From the human T2T-CHM13v2.0 reference genome, Homo sapiens: a DNA stretch of 64,000 nt. The position numbers were made by a program, and so were the translations under genes. The stretch is taken from the NCBI RefSeq assembly GCF_009914755.1, contig NC_060932.1; one strand, given 5' to 3'. Positions 1 through 10,923 of the stretch are shown one piece after another; within the stretch, counting starts at the first letter, position 1; the number at the start of each line of letters is the position of its first letter. A model generated the notes under the pieces. It was not told the origin of the DNA, did no database searches, and was given only the letters and a program-made list of their open reading frames with translations.

Positions 1-779
1 CAGTAAAAAATTATGCCAATATTGGAATTAAAAGAATGCAAAAAGATGGATGCATACCAACGTAGAGACAAAAGGGGAACATTAACAAATACAAACAGTT
101 TTATTTACCTGGCATGATGAGATATGTTTTTTCCATTTTTTGTTTGTTTTTATGTTAGCCACAAGGTTACTTATGAAATAAGAAAAAGTAACAAAGAAAA
201 AATTCAATGAAATTACATTTAAAAGCCAATGATAGCAGGAAAAACTTTGCCGTGTTCTAAAAACTGAAATTACTTTTGTTAACCTAAGCATTCATGAGAT
301 CACAGCTTCGTTAACTTGACTACAGAGTTTTTTAGTTACTTTTTCTTAAAAATCTCATGAATTTCTGCTTTACTGCTTGAGATCCATACAACAGACTACT
401 TGGCTGGTTTCCTTTTACTTGCCTCCCATGTTTATTACTGATTCCCATTCAACAGCAGAACAGTGAAACAATAGGGCTATTCATAGGAAACACTGATGAT
501 TATTTTTATGAATTACGTGTGTCCCGTCAGATGAACTCCATTAGAACTTCCCAGAACAGTACAGATGGAAGGTTCTCAGGCCCAAGGTCATCCACTTGTT
601 ATTCCAAATAACCAGGCACCTCATTGACAATTAAGCAACACGCCTTGAGATTTCTAAGAGTTCTCTTGTTTCACAAAATTTCTTATTCCCACAAAGACCT
701 TTAGAGAAGTATTCTACGTCATTCCCCTTTGGCCCCAGTACTTACTTGTTCCCAAAACAGCATCCTATATGCAGTCAGC

Positions 780-860
780 AAAGCTGGGTTTGCATCTACT
801 TCTGCCGTTTATTAACCATGTGACCTTGGATAAAACACTTAATTTCTCTCAGTTTTAATT
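780..860 (+). mobile_element. MIR SINE fragment
   Basis: ctgggtttgcatctacttctgcc...tgtgaccttggataaaacacttaatttctctcagttt resembles the MIR core. Confidence 0.6.
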
Positions 861-1369
861 ATGTTAACAGCCCTATCCACCTCCCCAATATCAAGTATAT
901 AACATTTTTCTACCATAATTCTATTTTTTCCTAAAACACAAACTGAGCACTTACTAGGTACCAGACCTTCTGATAGGTATTTAGGACCCGAAAAGGAAAG
1001 ACACAGGATCTGTATCATTAGAGAAGACAGACACACAGATGATAAAAATATAGGACACTGTGAGACCGCAGTGGGCATGTTGTGGGGTGGGGCACCCATC
1101 CATCCTCAGGGCATAAAAGGCTTCAAAAGACGTGATATTTCCATTCACTCTTGGATAAGAGGGACGGAGACAGGAAGGACAGTCTAATTAGTGGAAAGAG
1201 CATGGGGAAAGATACCACCACGTCAACAAGGCCAGCACATCTGGGGAAATGTGCTGCGACTCATCAGGGCTGGAGTCCAAGGGAGCATGAGGGGAGGAGG
1301 CAGGCAGGATAAATATAAAACTAGAAGGGAAACAATCACATTGATTATTGAGAATTTGTTGGTAACACT

Positions 1370-1600
1370 AATTAAAATAATCCTTAACATCATTGAGCTT
1401 TTGTTCCTGATTAGGTATTCCACAAATTCTTACATTCTCATTTATATCATTACCACAATCCTATGAGGTAGGTGCCATGACTATTTCCATCTTTCAGATG
1501 AACCAACAGAGGCCTAGAGGGTTTAAGCACAACAGATGACCAATTCAGGACTCTAACTCAGTTCTGTCTGATGCCACAGTCTCTGCTACTCCTAACCAAT
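1370..1600 (-). mobile_element. MIR SINE
   Basis: acaatcctatgaggtaggtg...catctttcagatgaaccaacagaggcctagagg is the MIR core in reverse. Confidence 0.75.
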
Positions 1601-1657
1601 GAGTTCTCCTGCCCCAGCTGAGGGTCTGGGATTTATTGCATGGTCAGTGAGGGCCTG

Positions 1658-2205
1658 TGTTGGATAGACTATAGGGGGACCCCATGACCCCCACCTCTTG
1701 GTAGTTGCCTATGTAATTCCTCCTATGTAATCATCTCTCTTGAATATAGGTTGGCCTAATGACCTTTCTCTAACTGACGGATTACAGAAAAAGCAATGAA
1801 ATATCAATTTCATAATAGAAAACTGTGATGTCCCTCTTGCTAGTAGGCTCTTCCTTGTTGACTGTGATGAAGTAAGAGACCATGTTGGAAAGCCCCATGA
1901 GGCAAAGAACTGAGGGCAGTTTCCACTTAACAACAATGAACATAATCTCTCAAACAGCTCTCCGAAAGCTGAATGTTGCCAACAATTTGAGTGAACTTGG
2001 AAGTAGGCCCCTCCCCCGTCAACTTTTTAGTGGAGACCCAGCCCTGGACAACTTGACTGAAGACTTGTGAGAGACCCTGACACAGGGGTCTCTAGAAAAG
2101 CAGTGTCCAGGTTCCTGCCTCACATAACGGTGAGATGATGAACATGAGCTGTTTTAAGTCACTAATTTGTAATGATTTGTGACACAGCAATCTATAAATA
2201 GCACA
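1658..2205 (+). mobile_element. MLT1E/F-type MaLR solo LTR
   Basis: TG...CA ends; atgacccccacctcttggta 5' block; 3' end gttttaagtcactaatttgtaatgatttgtgacacagcaatctataaatagcaca. Confidence 0.8.
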
Positions 2206-3259
2206 GAAACTTTGAAGGGTTTAAGCATAGGAATGATAAAAAATTGATCTATGTTTTATAAAGTCAGTTTTGTCATCAGGGCACAGAGTAGATTAGAGGA
2301 AGATAAGGAGGAGAGATTGGCTAAGAGGCTATTTCAAGGCAAGACATGATGGTGACCTAAATTAAGGCAGCGACAAAGGGAAGGGAGGAAGAATAGGGGA
2401 AGTTACAGAAGAGATATTGGAGGTAGATTCAGCAGGACATTAGATCCAACTTGATATATGGAAAAAGGGGAAGGGAGGGAGCATTGAGTTTAAACACAAT
2501 GGGAGTCACTGCATCAGCTTCACCCAGAGTTGTAGACCTTACTGCTGTCAGCAGCTACTTGGAGCAGCAGCCTGACCTTCATCAATACCAACAACAGAGG
2601 ATCCACTGAACACCTATATGGGACAAGGGAATTTCTTAGGCCATTTGGGTACCAAATTCTAAAAGCCTCATGCTGAGAAAATTTGACACTCTTTAAGACC
2701 ACAATAAGAGAATCATCCTCTTTGAAATTCAGCCCAGACAGGAGTCTTGGCATCAGGACACTACATCTAAATGCCCCCTCAATGAAGCAGTTCACTTTGG
2801 AGAGAACCAGAGGCAAGTAAATGGTATCTTCGAAGGTGAAGATGCACCAAGTGCCTCCATTCCAGGAGGACATGCAGCTGAGAGGATGGCTTCATGATCT
2901 TAGCCATTCACTAAATTGTGTTGCCTCCTTACTATTGCAACTTCTTTACTCAAAGCAACCATGCTTATGGCTATGCAGAATTAATAGACCAAAATGAGGT
3001 AAGATCATTGAAAAGGGAAAGGAACTTTTTACCTGACACCTGATCCTAACATGGTATAAGAACGGAACTTCAGAAAAGTTGAAATGTAATAGAATAGCTG
3101 GCATTTTTTCTGTTTTAAACTTTAGTACTAGCAAAGGGCCATCGTAAGCATCAGCTGACTTTATCCTTATGACACCACTTTGGAGTAAGTATTATCTATA
3201 TCTTGCACATGAGAAAACTGAGTCTCAAAAAGATTTAAGTTTCCTTATGAATATTATTT

Positions 3260-3652
3260 TGCAGGGTGAATTATGCCTCCCTTACCACCAAAAAAAATTA
3301 TCTGTCAAAGTCTTAACTTCCAGTATCTCAGATTGTGGCCATATTTGGAGATGGGGTCATTAAAGAGGTAATTAAGTTAAAATGAGGTCATTACAGTGGG
3401 CCGTAATCCAATCTGACTGTTGTCATTATTACTAAGACAGACACAGAAAGAAGGAAGACAATGTGATGACGTGAAGACACAAGGAGAAGACAGCCATCTA
3501 CAAACCAAGGAAAGAGGACTTGGAAGAAATCAATCAATGTCAAAACCTTGATTTCAGACCTCTGCCCTCCAGAATTGTTAGAAAATAAATGTCTGTTGTT
3601 TAAACCACCCATGTGTGGTACTTTGTTATGGCAGCCCCAGCAAACTACTATA
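3260..3652 (+). mobile_element. MLT1B-type MaLR solo LTR
   Basis: atttggagatggggtcattaaagaggtaattaagttaaaatgaggtca...ctccagaattgttagaaaataaatgtctgttgtttaaaccaccc...ttatggcagccccagcaaacta. Confidence 0.85.
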
Positions 3653-3867
3653 ATTACAAAGCAATTAGGCTCTGAAACCAATCAAAGTACATCTCTGCCC
3701 ATCAAAAATCCACCCAATTCTTCTATTAGAATCAAACATCAGCATTGGGGTGCAAAAAGGTACTGGTGGCTGGTCCCAAAACCCTAAATAGTACTGACCA
3801 ATGAATTTCACCTTTGTAACCACTCAGCTTAGAATTGACAGCTGAGGGTCAGGACAGGACCCTAGAG

Positions 3868-4028
3868 CAGCAATACTTGAAGCATGGTCCCAGCATCACG
3901 CAGGAGCTTATTAGAAATTCAAACTCTCAGAGCTCACACCAGAATCTTTCATCTTGGTGCTCAGAAATAGATGTTTTAACAAGCTCTCTAGCTGAATCTT
4001 ACATATCCTAAATTTTGAGAAGCCCTGG
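3868..4028. mobile_element. MER5-type hAT-Charlie MITE
   Basis: cagcatcacgcaggagcttattagaaattcaaactctcag...gttttaacaagctctctagctgaatctt...aaattttgagaagccctg. Confidence 0.75.
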
Positions 4029-4169
4029 GCTGGCAGAAAGGTGTGTAAATAGTGTAATGTCCTCCTGCACCTCTGACTAACACTATGTGTTGGAGGTGGC
4101 CAGAGAGGGGCATGGGAGATGTCTTCTGAGGGGTGCTCAAGGCCGCAGTGATGAGGAAAGGATAAACAC

Positions 4170-4330
4170 CTTATTTAGCAACAAATATTTATTGAGCATT
4201 TACTATGTTCCAGGAACTATGCAATATGCTGAGGAAGTAGAAAAAGACCAGACCCTCAAGTTTACAGTCTTACAGGTCATATCAAGTAAGGAGTGGAGGA
4301 GACAGGAGAGAGAGTGGCAAGGCCAGCAAC
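4170..4330 (-). mobile_element. L2 3' end
   Basis: caacaaatatttattgagcatttactatgttccagg, the L2 terminus in reverse. Confidence 0.8.
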
Positions 4331-4629
4331 TTCGAGGGTTAGGAGAGTTGACCACCCGGCCTGCAGAGTGTCCCCATGTGGTCCAGATGAGAGGTGCTGG
4401 GGGAGAAGTTGAGGTTCTTTCAGGCAATACCAAGGGCCCCTGCCTGGAGCAGCCCAGCCTACAGGTGCCAGGTTCATTACCCCAAGTCCACCAGTGGCTA
4501 TAGCACCATGGCGGTGTTCTAATGAAAAATACCCTATCTCCATCACCTTTAAAGCCACCTTCCGGTGGTAGTCTTTCCAGATCTCCTCTATCATAGGTAC
4601 TTCTCTACTTCCTCAGTATTTTGATGTAT

Positions 4630-5140
4630 TGTCTTTAGTTTGCACTCCCTCTGAAGCAGACCCTAAGATAGAAATTTGGTACAGGTGCCTTATTTGGGAG
4701 AAATTTGGTACAGGAGTCCTATTTGGGAGATGATTCCAGCAAGCATGGTGCATGAGTGGTGAGGAGAGACAGTGATGAAAGGAAAGCTAATAAGGCTAGG
4801 GTAATGAGAAGGTCACCACTGTGAGCCACTGGGACTCAGTCCCACAGGGGACCCTCTGAGAGATTGCAAAGCACAGTTCAGAAGTGGACTCTCCAAAGGC
4901 AAGGAAACTGGAGTCCTTACCTAGCTCCTCTCCTCCCTCATGGGCTGAGAACTGCTTCAGGGCTTTAACCTTCCTCTCTTCCAACCTGTCCTGCACATGG
5001 ACAAAGCATCCTCCTATGGGCCAAGGGACTCATGATGCCACAGACTGGGAAAGAAGGGTCTGCAGATGACCTCAGGGAAGCAGAGGGTGTCCACCAACAG
5101 TTATCCTACAAGACGCTTCACCAGAGCAGCTCTTATAGAA
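4630..5140 (-). mobile_element. LTR16/LTR33-like ERVL solo LTR with an internal 29-bp tandem duplication
   Basis: gaagcagaccctaagata...tatttgggagatgattccagcaagca...ggtcaccactgtgagccactgggactcagtcccacaggggaccctctgagaga. Confidence 0.7.
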
Positions 5141-5489
5141 CCACATACATGCATCTTGTATCTGAGCCCTGCAATATTGTCCCCACCAAGAAAATCTGCC
5201 ATTCTCTCCTGTTCATGAGCCTCAAGTTGGGCAAAATATAGTGCTCTCTATTGGTTTCTTCAACCATCCTGTCTTATGGAATAAAGTATGTGTCTTCCAG
5301 TGAGGCATGCAGTGGTAAAACACACAGAGGTACTATGATTCCAGGCAACAGCAAAGAAATGATGTTTCCATTCTCCTGCACAATGCTATTATGGTTAAAT
5401 ATAAGAAGATGTTGGTTAGGATTTTAAAATACTGAAAATTACTAGTGGATTCCAACCATTGCCTACAAAGACTCGCTAATGGTCTGTGG

Positions 5490-5610
5490 AAACATTGCAA
5501 TCTCCTGGGGCACAGGGACCCTGTCTCGTTCCTCACTGCCTCCCCGGCACCCACAGCAGTGCCCACACAGAAGGGAAACACCCTGTCTGTGTGTAGTTTG
5601 CTGACTGAGA
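5490..5610 (+). mobile_element. L2 3' end fragment
   Basis: tctcctggggcacagggaccctgtctcgttcctcactgcctccccggcacccacagcagtgccc. Confidence 0.6.
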
Positions 5611-6689
5611 TAGGCTTCCAAAGCTTTAAAGGGCTTTGGGTGTGCTTCATTCCACATAAGTCTAATTTCACTTAAAAATTCTGAGAGTTTCAAACAGACA
5701 TGTTAAAAATTCACGCTTTCATTCACTTTTAATGAGAACTTTCTTTTTTCAAGAATCATCTGCAGGCTGCCTTACAAGTAATTCCACAGCCATCTGGAAG
5801 ACTTGTGTTGCTACTTAGAAGTGCTAAAAGGGATATATAAGGAGGCTGGCTCCCGACAAAATTGGAAATGAGGGGAAGCTCGCTTCAGCAACACATGCCT
5901 CCCCTCCCTGCCTCCCGTGAGTGCCCAGAATCCTGGACACAGCCTACACACACGCCTCCAAGTCACACACATGTTTCAGAGATTTAAGTCACTGCTCTTC
6001 CCACAAATATATTTTGTTTTACCGAGAACACTAGAGGATGAAATACTTATTTTGCAAGAACAGTTCAATAATGGGAGCATTTCAGGCATCATGATTCCAG
6101 ACAGGAAAGATAGCCAAGGACAAAATAATCTGTCCAGGTCTCTAGAAATCATAAGACATCAGCCAACTGCATCCATTCATAAGAGCAATGCTGGTTCCCA
6201 GTAACCCCGTTCAGTACACATCCTCAGAGCATTTTACTAGGTGTCAGGAACTGAAGAAATGAAAATGAGAAATCCATGACCCTACACATAAGAAGCACAT
6301 ACTCCAGGGGCATAGAAAGCTCATCACTCAGACATCCAAGTGTGCTGGGGAAAGAAATAATTACCTAGCTACAGATACATACTGAACTGTCTATTATAAG
6401 CATGGTGCTGTGGGAGGCCAGAAGAGAACACCTCAAGCTCTGCTGGGATGTCCGAGGAGTCTGGTGAAGCAGATAACAGTCAGGCTAAGCCTGAAGACCA
6501 CAGGAGCACAGCAACAGGAGAGAAGGTAGAGAAAGCATCATTGACTCTACAGCTGCAAACCAGACAAGCAAAAGACTCGAAGGGAGGAATTGCAGGGCAG
6601 GTTGGAAGGACAGAGAATTGTGCCCAGTAGTTGGGTTCATCAGGATGAAAATTTAAAGGACCTCTGGTGGCTATTCTAGACAGGAAATT

Positions 6690-6932
6690 TAGTTTAGTAG
6701 TTAAGAGCTGATATTCCAGAAACAGACTACCATGGTTCAAAGTCCAGCTCAGCAATCCATCAACTATGTGACGCTAAGGAATCAACTTAACTCTTCTTTG
6801 CTCCAGTTTTCTCATCTTTAAAATGGGGTTTATAAGAGGCATTCTTTCTAAGATTGCTATGATGTTTAAATGAGCTAATGCATTTAAAGCACTTACGTTA
6901 TGCCATGACATTGTTAGTTATCATTGCTATTA
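6690..6932 (+). mobile_element. MIR SINE, near full length
   Basis: tagtagttaagagctg...ggttcaaagtccagctc...ccagttttctcatctttaaaatgggg...aaatgagctaatgcatttaaagcactta. Confidence 0.85.
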
Positions 6933-6999
6933 TAAAGAATGTGGACAACAAAGGCAGTGCTTTGTTTCTGGTATCTGGAAAACTGGTATGTATGTATTT

Positions 7000-7230
7000 A
7001 GTTATTCATTCAACCAACAATCATTAAGGGTGGATGAGAGCCAAACACAGGTAGATGTGTCTCTTGCCCTCTAGAGGCTCATGGTCCCATCGCAGGAATA
7101 CAAGCCTCGTTGGGTTATTATCAACGTCTGCAGAGGACAGTGGGAGGGCAAGCACAAAGCAAGGAATAAACTGGCTTGAAGTAGTCTGGAAAGGCTTTGA
7201 TGTGAGCCTTGGTTTGTGGGCTGAGCTGTA
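7000..7230 (-). mobile_element. L2 fragment
   Basis: ttattcattcaaccaacaa tail followed by tgccctctagaggctcatggtc and ggaaaggctttgatgtgagcc. Confidence 0.55.
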
Positions 7231-8806
7231 GGATGTCCACATCCAAGTGTTTGTCCTACCAAGTGGGACCCTGTAACAACAGAACAGGGTGGGTCCCCTG
7301 TGAGCCCGGAATGAGCATGGAGATGGGTTAGGAAGGGATCCTGGTTGCTTGTCATCTCATATTTACCTGAAACACACCACGGCAGCAGAAGCAGCTGGTG
7401 AAAGCCCAAGGCCTTTCTGATTGGACAGTGCTGGTGCCAACACAGTGCTGGTGGAATATTTGGACTGGACTTCTGAAATTCTTGGATGAAGAGTCATGGG
7501 CACAGAACTCACAGGGTTCTGGGGAAAAGGGGAAATGGAAGAGAATTCATGCTATTCTATAACGCCAGGAAACTCTATCTGAAGGCACAAATAAGGCCCT
7601 GTGAGCAGAAAACATAAAAAAAGCTACAAGAAGAGATTGCTGAGTGGGGTGGGAGGGCCTAGGTTGCCATGCTAAGCAGAGTGTGAGTTTGTTAAGTTCC
7701 ATTGATGTGATCAATGCTTATGCAAGCCTGTCATGCTCAGTTCAACACACATGTCCGCAGTGCTAGAAAAGCCACCTGCTATGAAGGATCCCAAAATTAC
7801 AATCAGGAAAAAGACTCTACACTTTTGTTTGAGAATATTACAATCCAATCATATTAGATAAACGTATCAAGCTTCTAAGCTTTATTTCTTAATCACTGTG
7901 GGAGGTGGGGGTGGCAGGTGGTTGGAGGCACATAACTGAAGGAGATGAAAAAGAATGGAGGAAAAGTGCAGCATATTTGTGTATGTCTTGACTCCCTCAA
8001 TTAAGTGGAAAGTTCCCATGGCTGAGAATTATGTTTTACATTCCTAATTGCCCCTCCCTGGCTCCTACCATGAGACTGAGTGCATAGTAGGTCCTTAAAT
8101 CTGCTTCCTGAGTTTAAGATGCAAAATTCCCCTCTATGCAGAAGCCTGGATTTTGCACACAAACAGCTCTAAAGATAAAGCTGATATTAGTTTGCTGCAA
8201 ATAGTATGCATGTTCCTCTTCTAGCTGATGAATATTTCTCCCCTTGAGATTTTTTTAGTGATTCTAGCCCACTGGCTATTTTAAGACCCAGATTTATTAT
8301 TTTCGTTCATGTCCCTAAAAGATTTTAAGAGTCCTATCCTTCTCTTTTATTACCTTCACACATCCTCCCACCTAATACACAAAAGGAGAATAATTTGGGG
8401 TCACATTCCTGTGCCGGGCCCATCTAAAGATAATCAACTGCACATTACAAAAACAACACAGTCAGGCTGAGGCTGGCAGCCTCAGTGTCTTAGGTCAGCA
8501 GACACATTGTGGGGCCGCAGGAGAGCAGGGGAGAAATGAGGCTGGTGAGCTCTGTTTATGGTAGTTGGACTTTGAAAGTGCCATTTTAGAGGAGCATATT
8601 TCAATTGATAAAATGACATAAATGTCATATAACAAAGTAAGTATGTTGTGATTAGAAAACAATGAATGCACTTCTAGCATTGTCTATGTTTTCTGATGCA
8701 GAGCTACAATTAGTGTTTAGCAAAAGGAAGGACAAAAATGTCATCTTATTATAAGAAACTGACATTGTAGCCCCTGGACTATTTGTTAGAGATTAATAAG
8801 AAATAG

Positions 8807-8941
8807 GTGTGTGCACATGTACCCTAAAACTTAAAGTATAATTAAAAAAAAAAAGAAAAAAAGAAATTAGGGCAAAATATGTATGAATAAAAATAAGGTA
8901 TTAAATGTTTAATGCTTGAAAAAAAAAAAGAAAAAAAAAAA
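8807..8941 (+). mobile_element. Severely 5'-truncated young L1PA (about 33 nt of 3' terminus), A-tail, about 55 nt of unique sequence and a second A-tail (probable 3' transduction)
   Basis: tgtgcacatgtaccctaaaacttaaagtataat is the L1PA 3' end; A-tracts at 8844-8862 and 8919-8943; flanking direct repeat aagaaatag at 8798-8806 and 8942-8950. Confidence 0.8.
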
Positions 8942-9185
8942 AAGAAATAGATTCTCATTTCTTTCTTGTTTTGGTCCCAGCTCAGAGGTCTTTTTTCCTG
9001 GAGAAATAATATAATAAGCAGAAGCAAATCCTAAAAGAATTTGAGGAAGCCAGGAGTAAGGCAGACATATCCAGAAAGAATAACCAATAGTATTCACATA
9101 ATAAAATGAGGCTGATGGAATTTAAAAATTGCATTTTAGCAACCACTAATATAATAATTGACTCAGGGAAGAATCATCAATGAAT

Positions 9186-9727
9186 GCTTTTCAGTTACTA
9201 CTACAGCATAGCAATTATCCCAAATCTCTAGCGCTAAAGCAACCATTTTATTTGATACATGATTTTGTGGATCAAGAATTTAAGACATTGTCTGGGCAAT
9301 TCTTGCTTGCAGTCATTCATGTGGTTACAGATGTCAGATGGAGCATCAGCCATCTTTAAGGTTCAGCTGGGCTGCAGCATTTAAGGTTGGTCACTTGTAT
9401 GGTGGCAGTTGGTGCTGGCCATTGGCTGGCAGCACAGCTGGGCTGTTGACCACAGCATCCATTCATGGCCTCTCTAGCATGGCAATCTCAGGGTGGTTGG
9501 ACTTCTCATTTGCTGCCTAGTTCTTCCCAAGGCCAGCAGCCCAAGAGGACAAAACACAAGCTGCATGACCTTTAGTAAGGCAGCCTCAAAGATCACACAG
9601 CCTCACTTCCCCTTTACTCCAGTAGACAAAGCCATCACAGCCTCATCCAGATTTGATCGGAGAAAAAGTAGACCTCTTCACAGGAGGAAACTCAAAGAGT
9701 TTCAGGGTCATATTTTATAAACTGTCA
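9186..9727 (-). mobile_element. MLT1G/H-type MaLR solo LTR
   Basis: catgattttgtggatcaagaattt...gctgggctgttgaccacagcatccattcatggcctctctagcatggc...gcagcctcaaagatcacacagcctcacttcc. Confidence 0.75.
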
Positions 9728-9913
9728 TGTACCGTTGCCTAAGAGTTTACTAGGGAAGAGGATATTTACTCAGTCTCAAAGTATTTCTCATAGATTATCT
9801 ATTTATGAGTAAGGGAAAATAGATGTATTTATGGTGAAGAAATCTGGCAGACACCACCTTAGCCAAGAGATCACTTATTGGGATAAGACATCAGTTTGAA
9901 AAGAGCTCCTACC

Positions 9914-10923
9914 AGAATGGTGAAATCATTGATGCTTTATGAAAAGTTTATGAAGACAATGCTCCAAATAAAGCAGCAGTTTGCAAATAGATAACTCATT
10001 TTAAGAAGGGACAAGACAATGTTGAAGATAAAGCCCTCAGTGACAGACCATCCACATCAATTTGTGAGGAAAAAAATTAATCTTGTTCATGCCCCAATTG
10101 AACAGAACCAATGATTAACAGCACAAATAATAGCCAACACCACAGACATCTCAACTGATTCAACTTACACAATTCTAACTGAAAAATTAAAGTTGAGCAA
10201 ACTTTCCACTTAATGGGTGCCATAACCATTATGCCCAGATCAGCTGCAGACAAGAGAAAAGCTTTCAACAGAAATGTTAAACAAGTGGGATCAAGATCCT
10301 GAAGCATTTCCCTGAAGAACTGTAGTAAGAGATGAAACATGACTTTAACAGTATTACTCTACAGACAAGGCACAATCAAAGCAATGGCTACCAAGAGGTG
10401 GAAGTGGTCCAGTCAGAGCAATAGGAAATCAGTCAAAAACAAAGGCCATGGCAACAGTTTTTTGAATGTTCAAGGAATTTTTCTTGTTGACTCTCTGGAG
10501 GGCCAAAGAACAATAACATCTGCTTATTATGAGAGTGTTTTGAGAAAGTTAGCTGAGGCTTTAGCAGAAAAACTCTTGGGAAACCTTCATCAGGGAGTCC
10601 TTTTCCACCATGACAAGGCTCCTTACCATTTCTCTCATCAAACAAGGGCAATCTTGTAAGAGTTTTGATGGGAAATCATTAGACATCCATCCTAGAGTCA
10701 TGATTTGGCTCCCTCTGACTTCATTTTACTTCCTAATTTAAAAAATGTAAGGGTTAAATTTCCAGGACCCTCACTCAGGTCTTTAGGGATGGACTAAATA
10801 CATGGATGGTATCATTGCTTAGAAAAGTACCTTGTACTTGATGGAGCCTATTTTGAGAAAGTTTATATTTTTTATTTTTATCTTTTAGTTCCATTTTTCC
10901 ATGAACTTTTTAAAGTCACCTTA
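9914..10923 (+). mobile_element. HSMAR2 mariner transposon; 5' end deleted, 3' TIR and TA retained; transposase pseudogene
   Basis: Fragments translate to HSMAR2 transposase (NGEIIDAL; QGIFLVDSLEGQRTITSAYYESVLRKLAEALAEK; HHDKAP...HQTRAIL); 3' TIR ccatttttccatgaactttttaaagtcacctta followed by TA; many stops and frameshifts. Confidence 0.92.

Larger units (their letters stand above)
940..2480 (-). mobile_element. L2 LINE (3' part), interrupted by a MIR and an MLT1 LTR
   Basis: Starts actgagcacttactaggtaccag (L2 tail, reverse strand); L2-like sequence resumes at about 1620-1655 and 2206-2480 (ttttgaagggtttaagcataggaatgat...gagatattggaggtagattc). Confidence 0.65.

Noticed and set aside
10339-10659. 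Mariner ORF as a domesticated transposase like SETMAR
   Set aside because: It is HSMAR2, not HSMAR1, and carries multiple stops, frameshifts and deletions.
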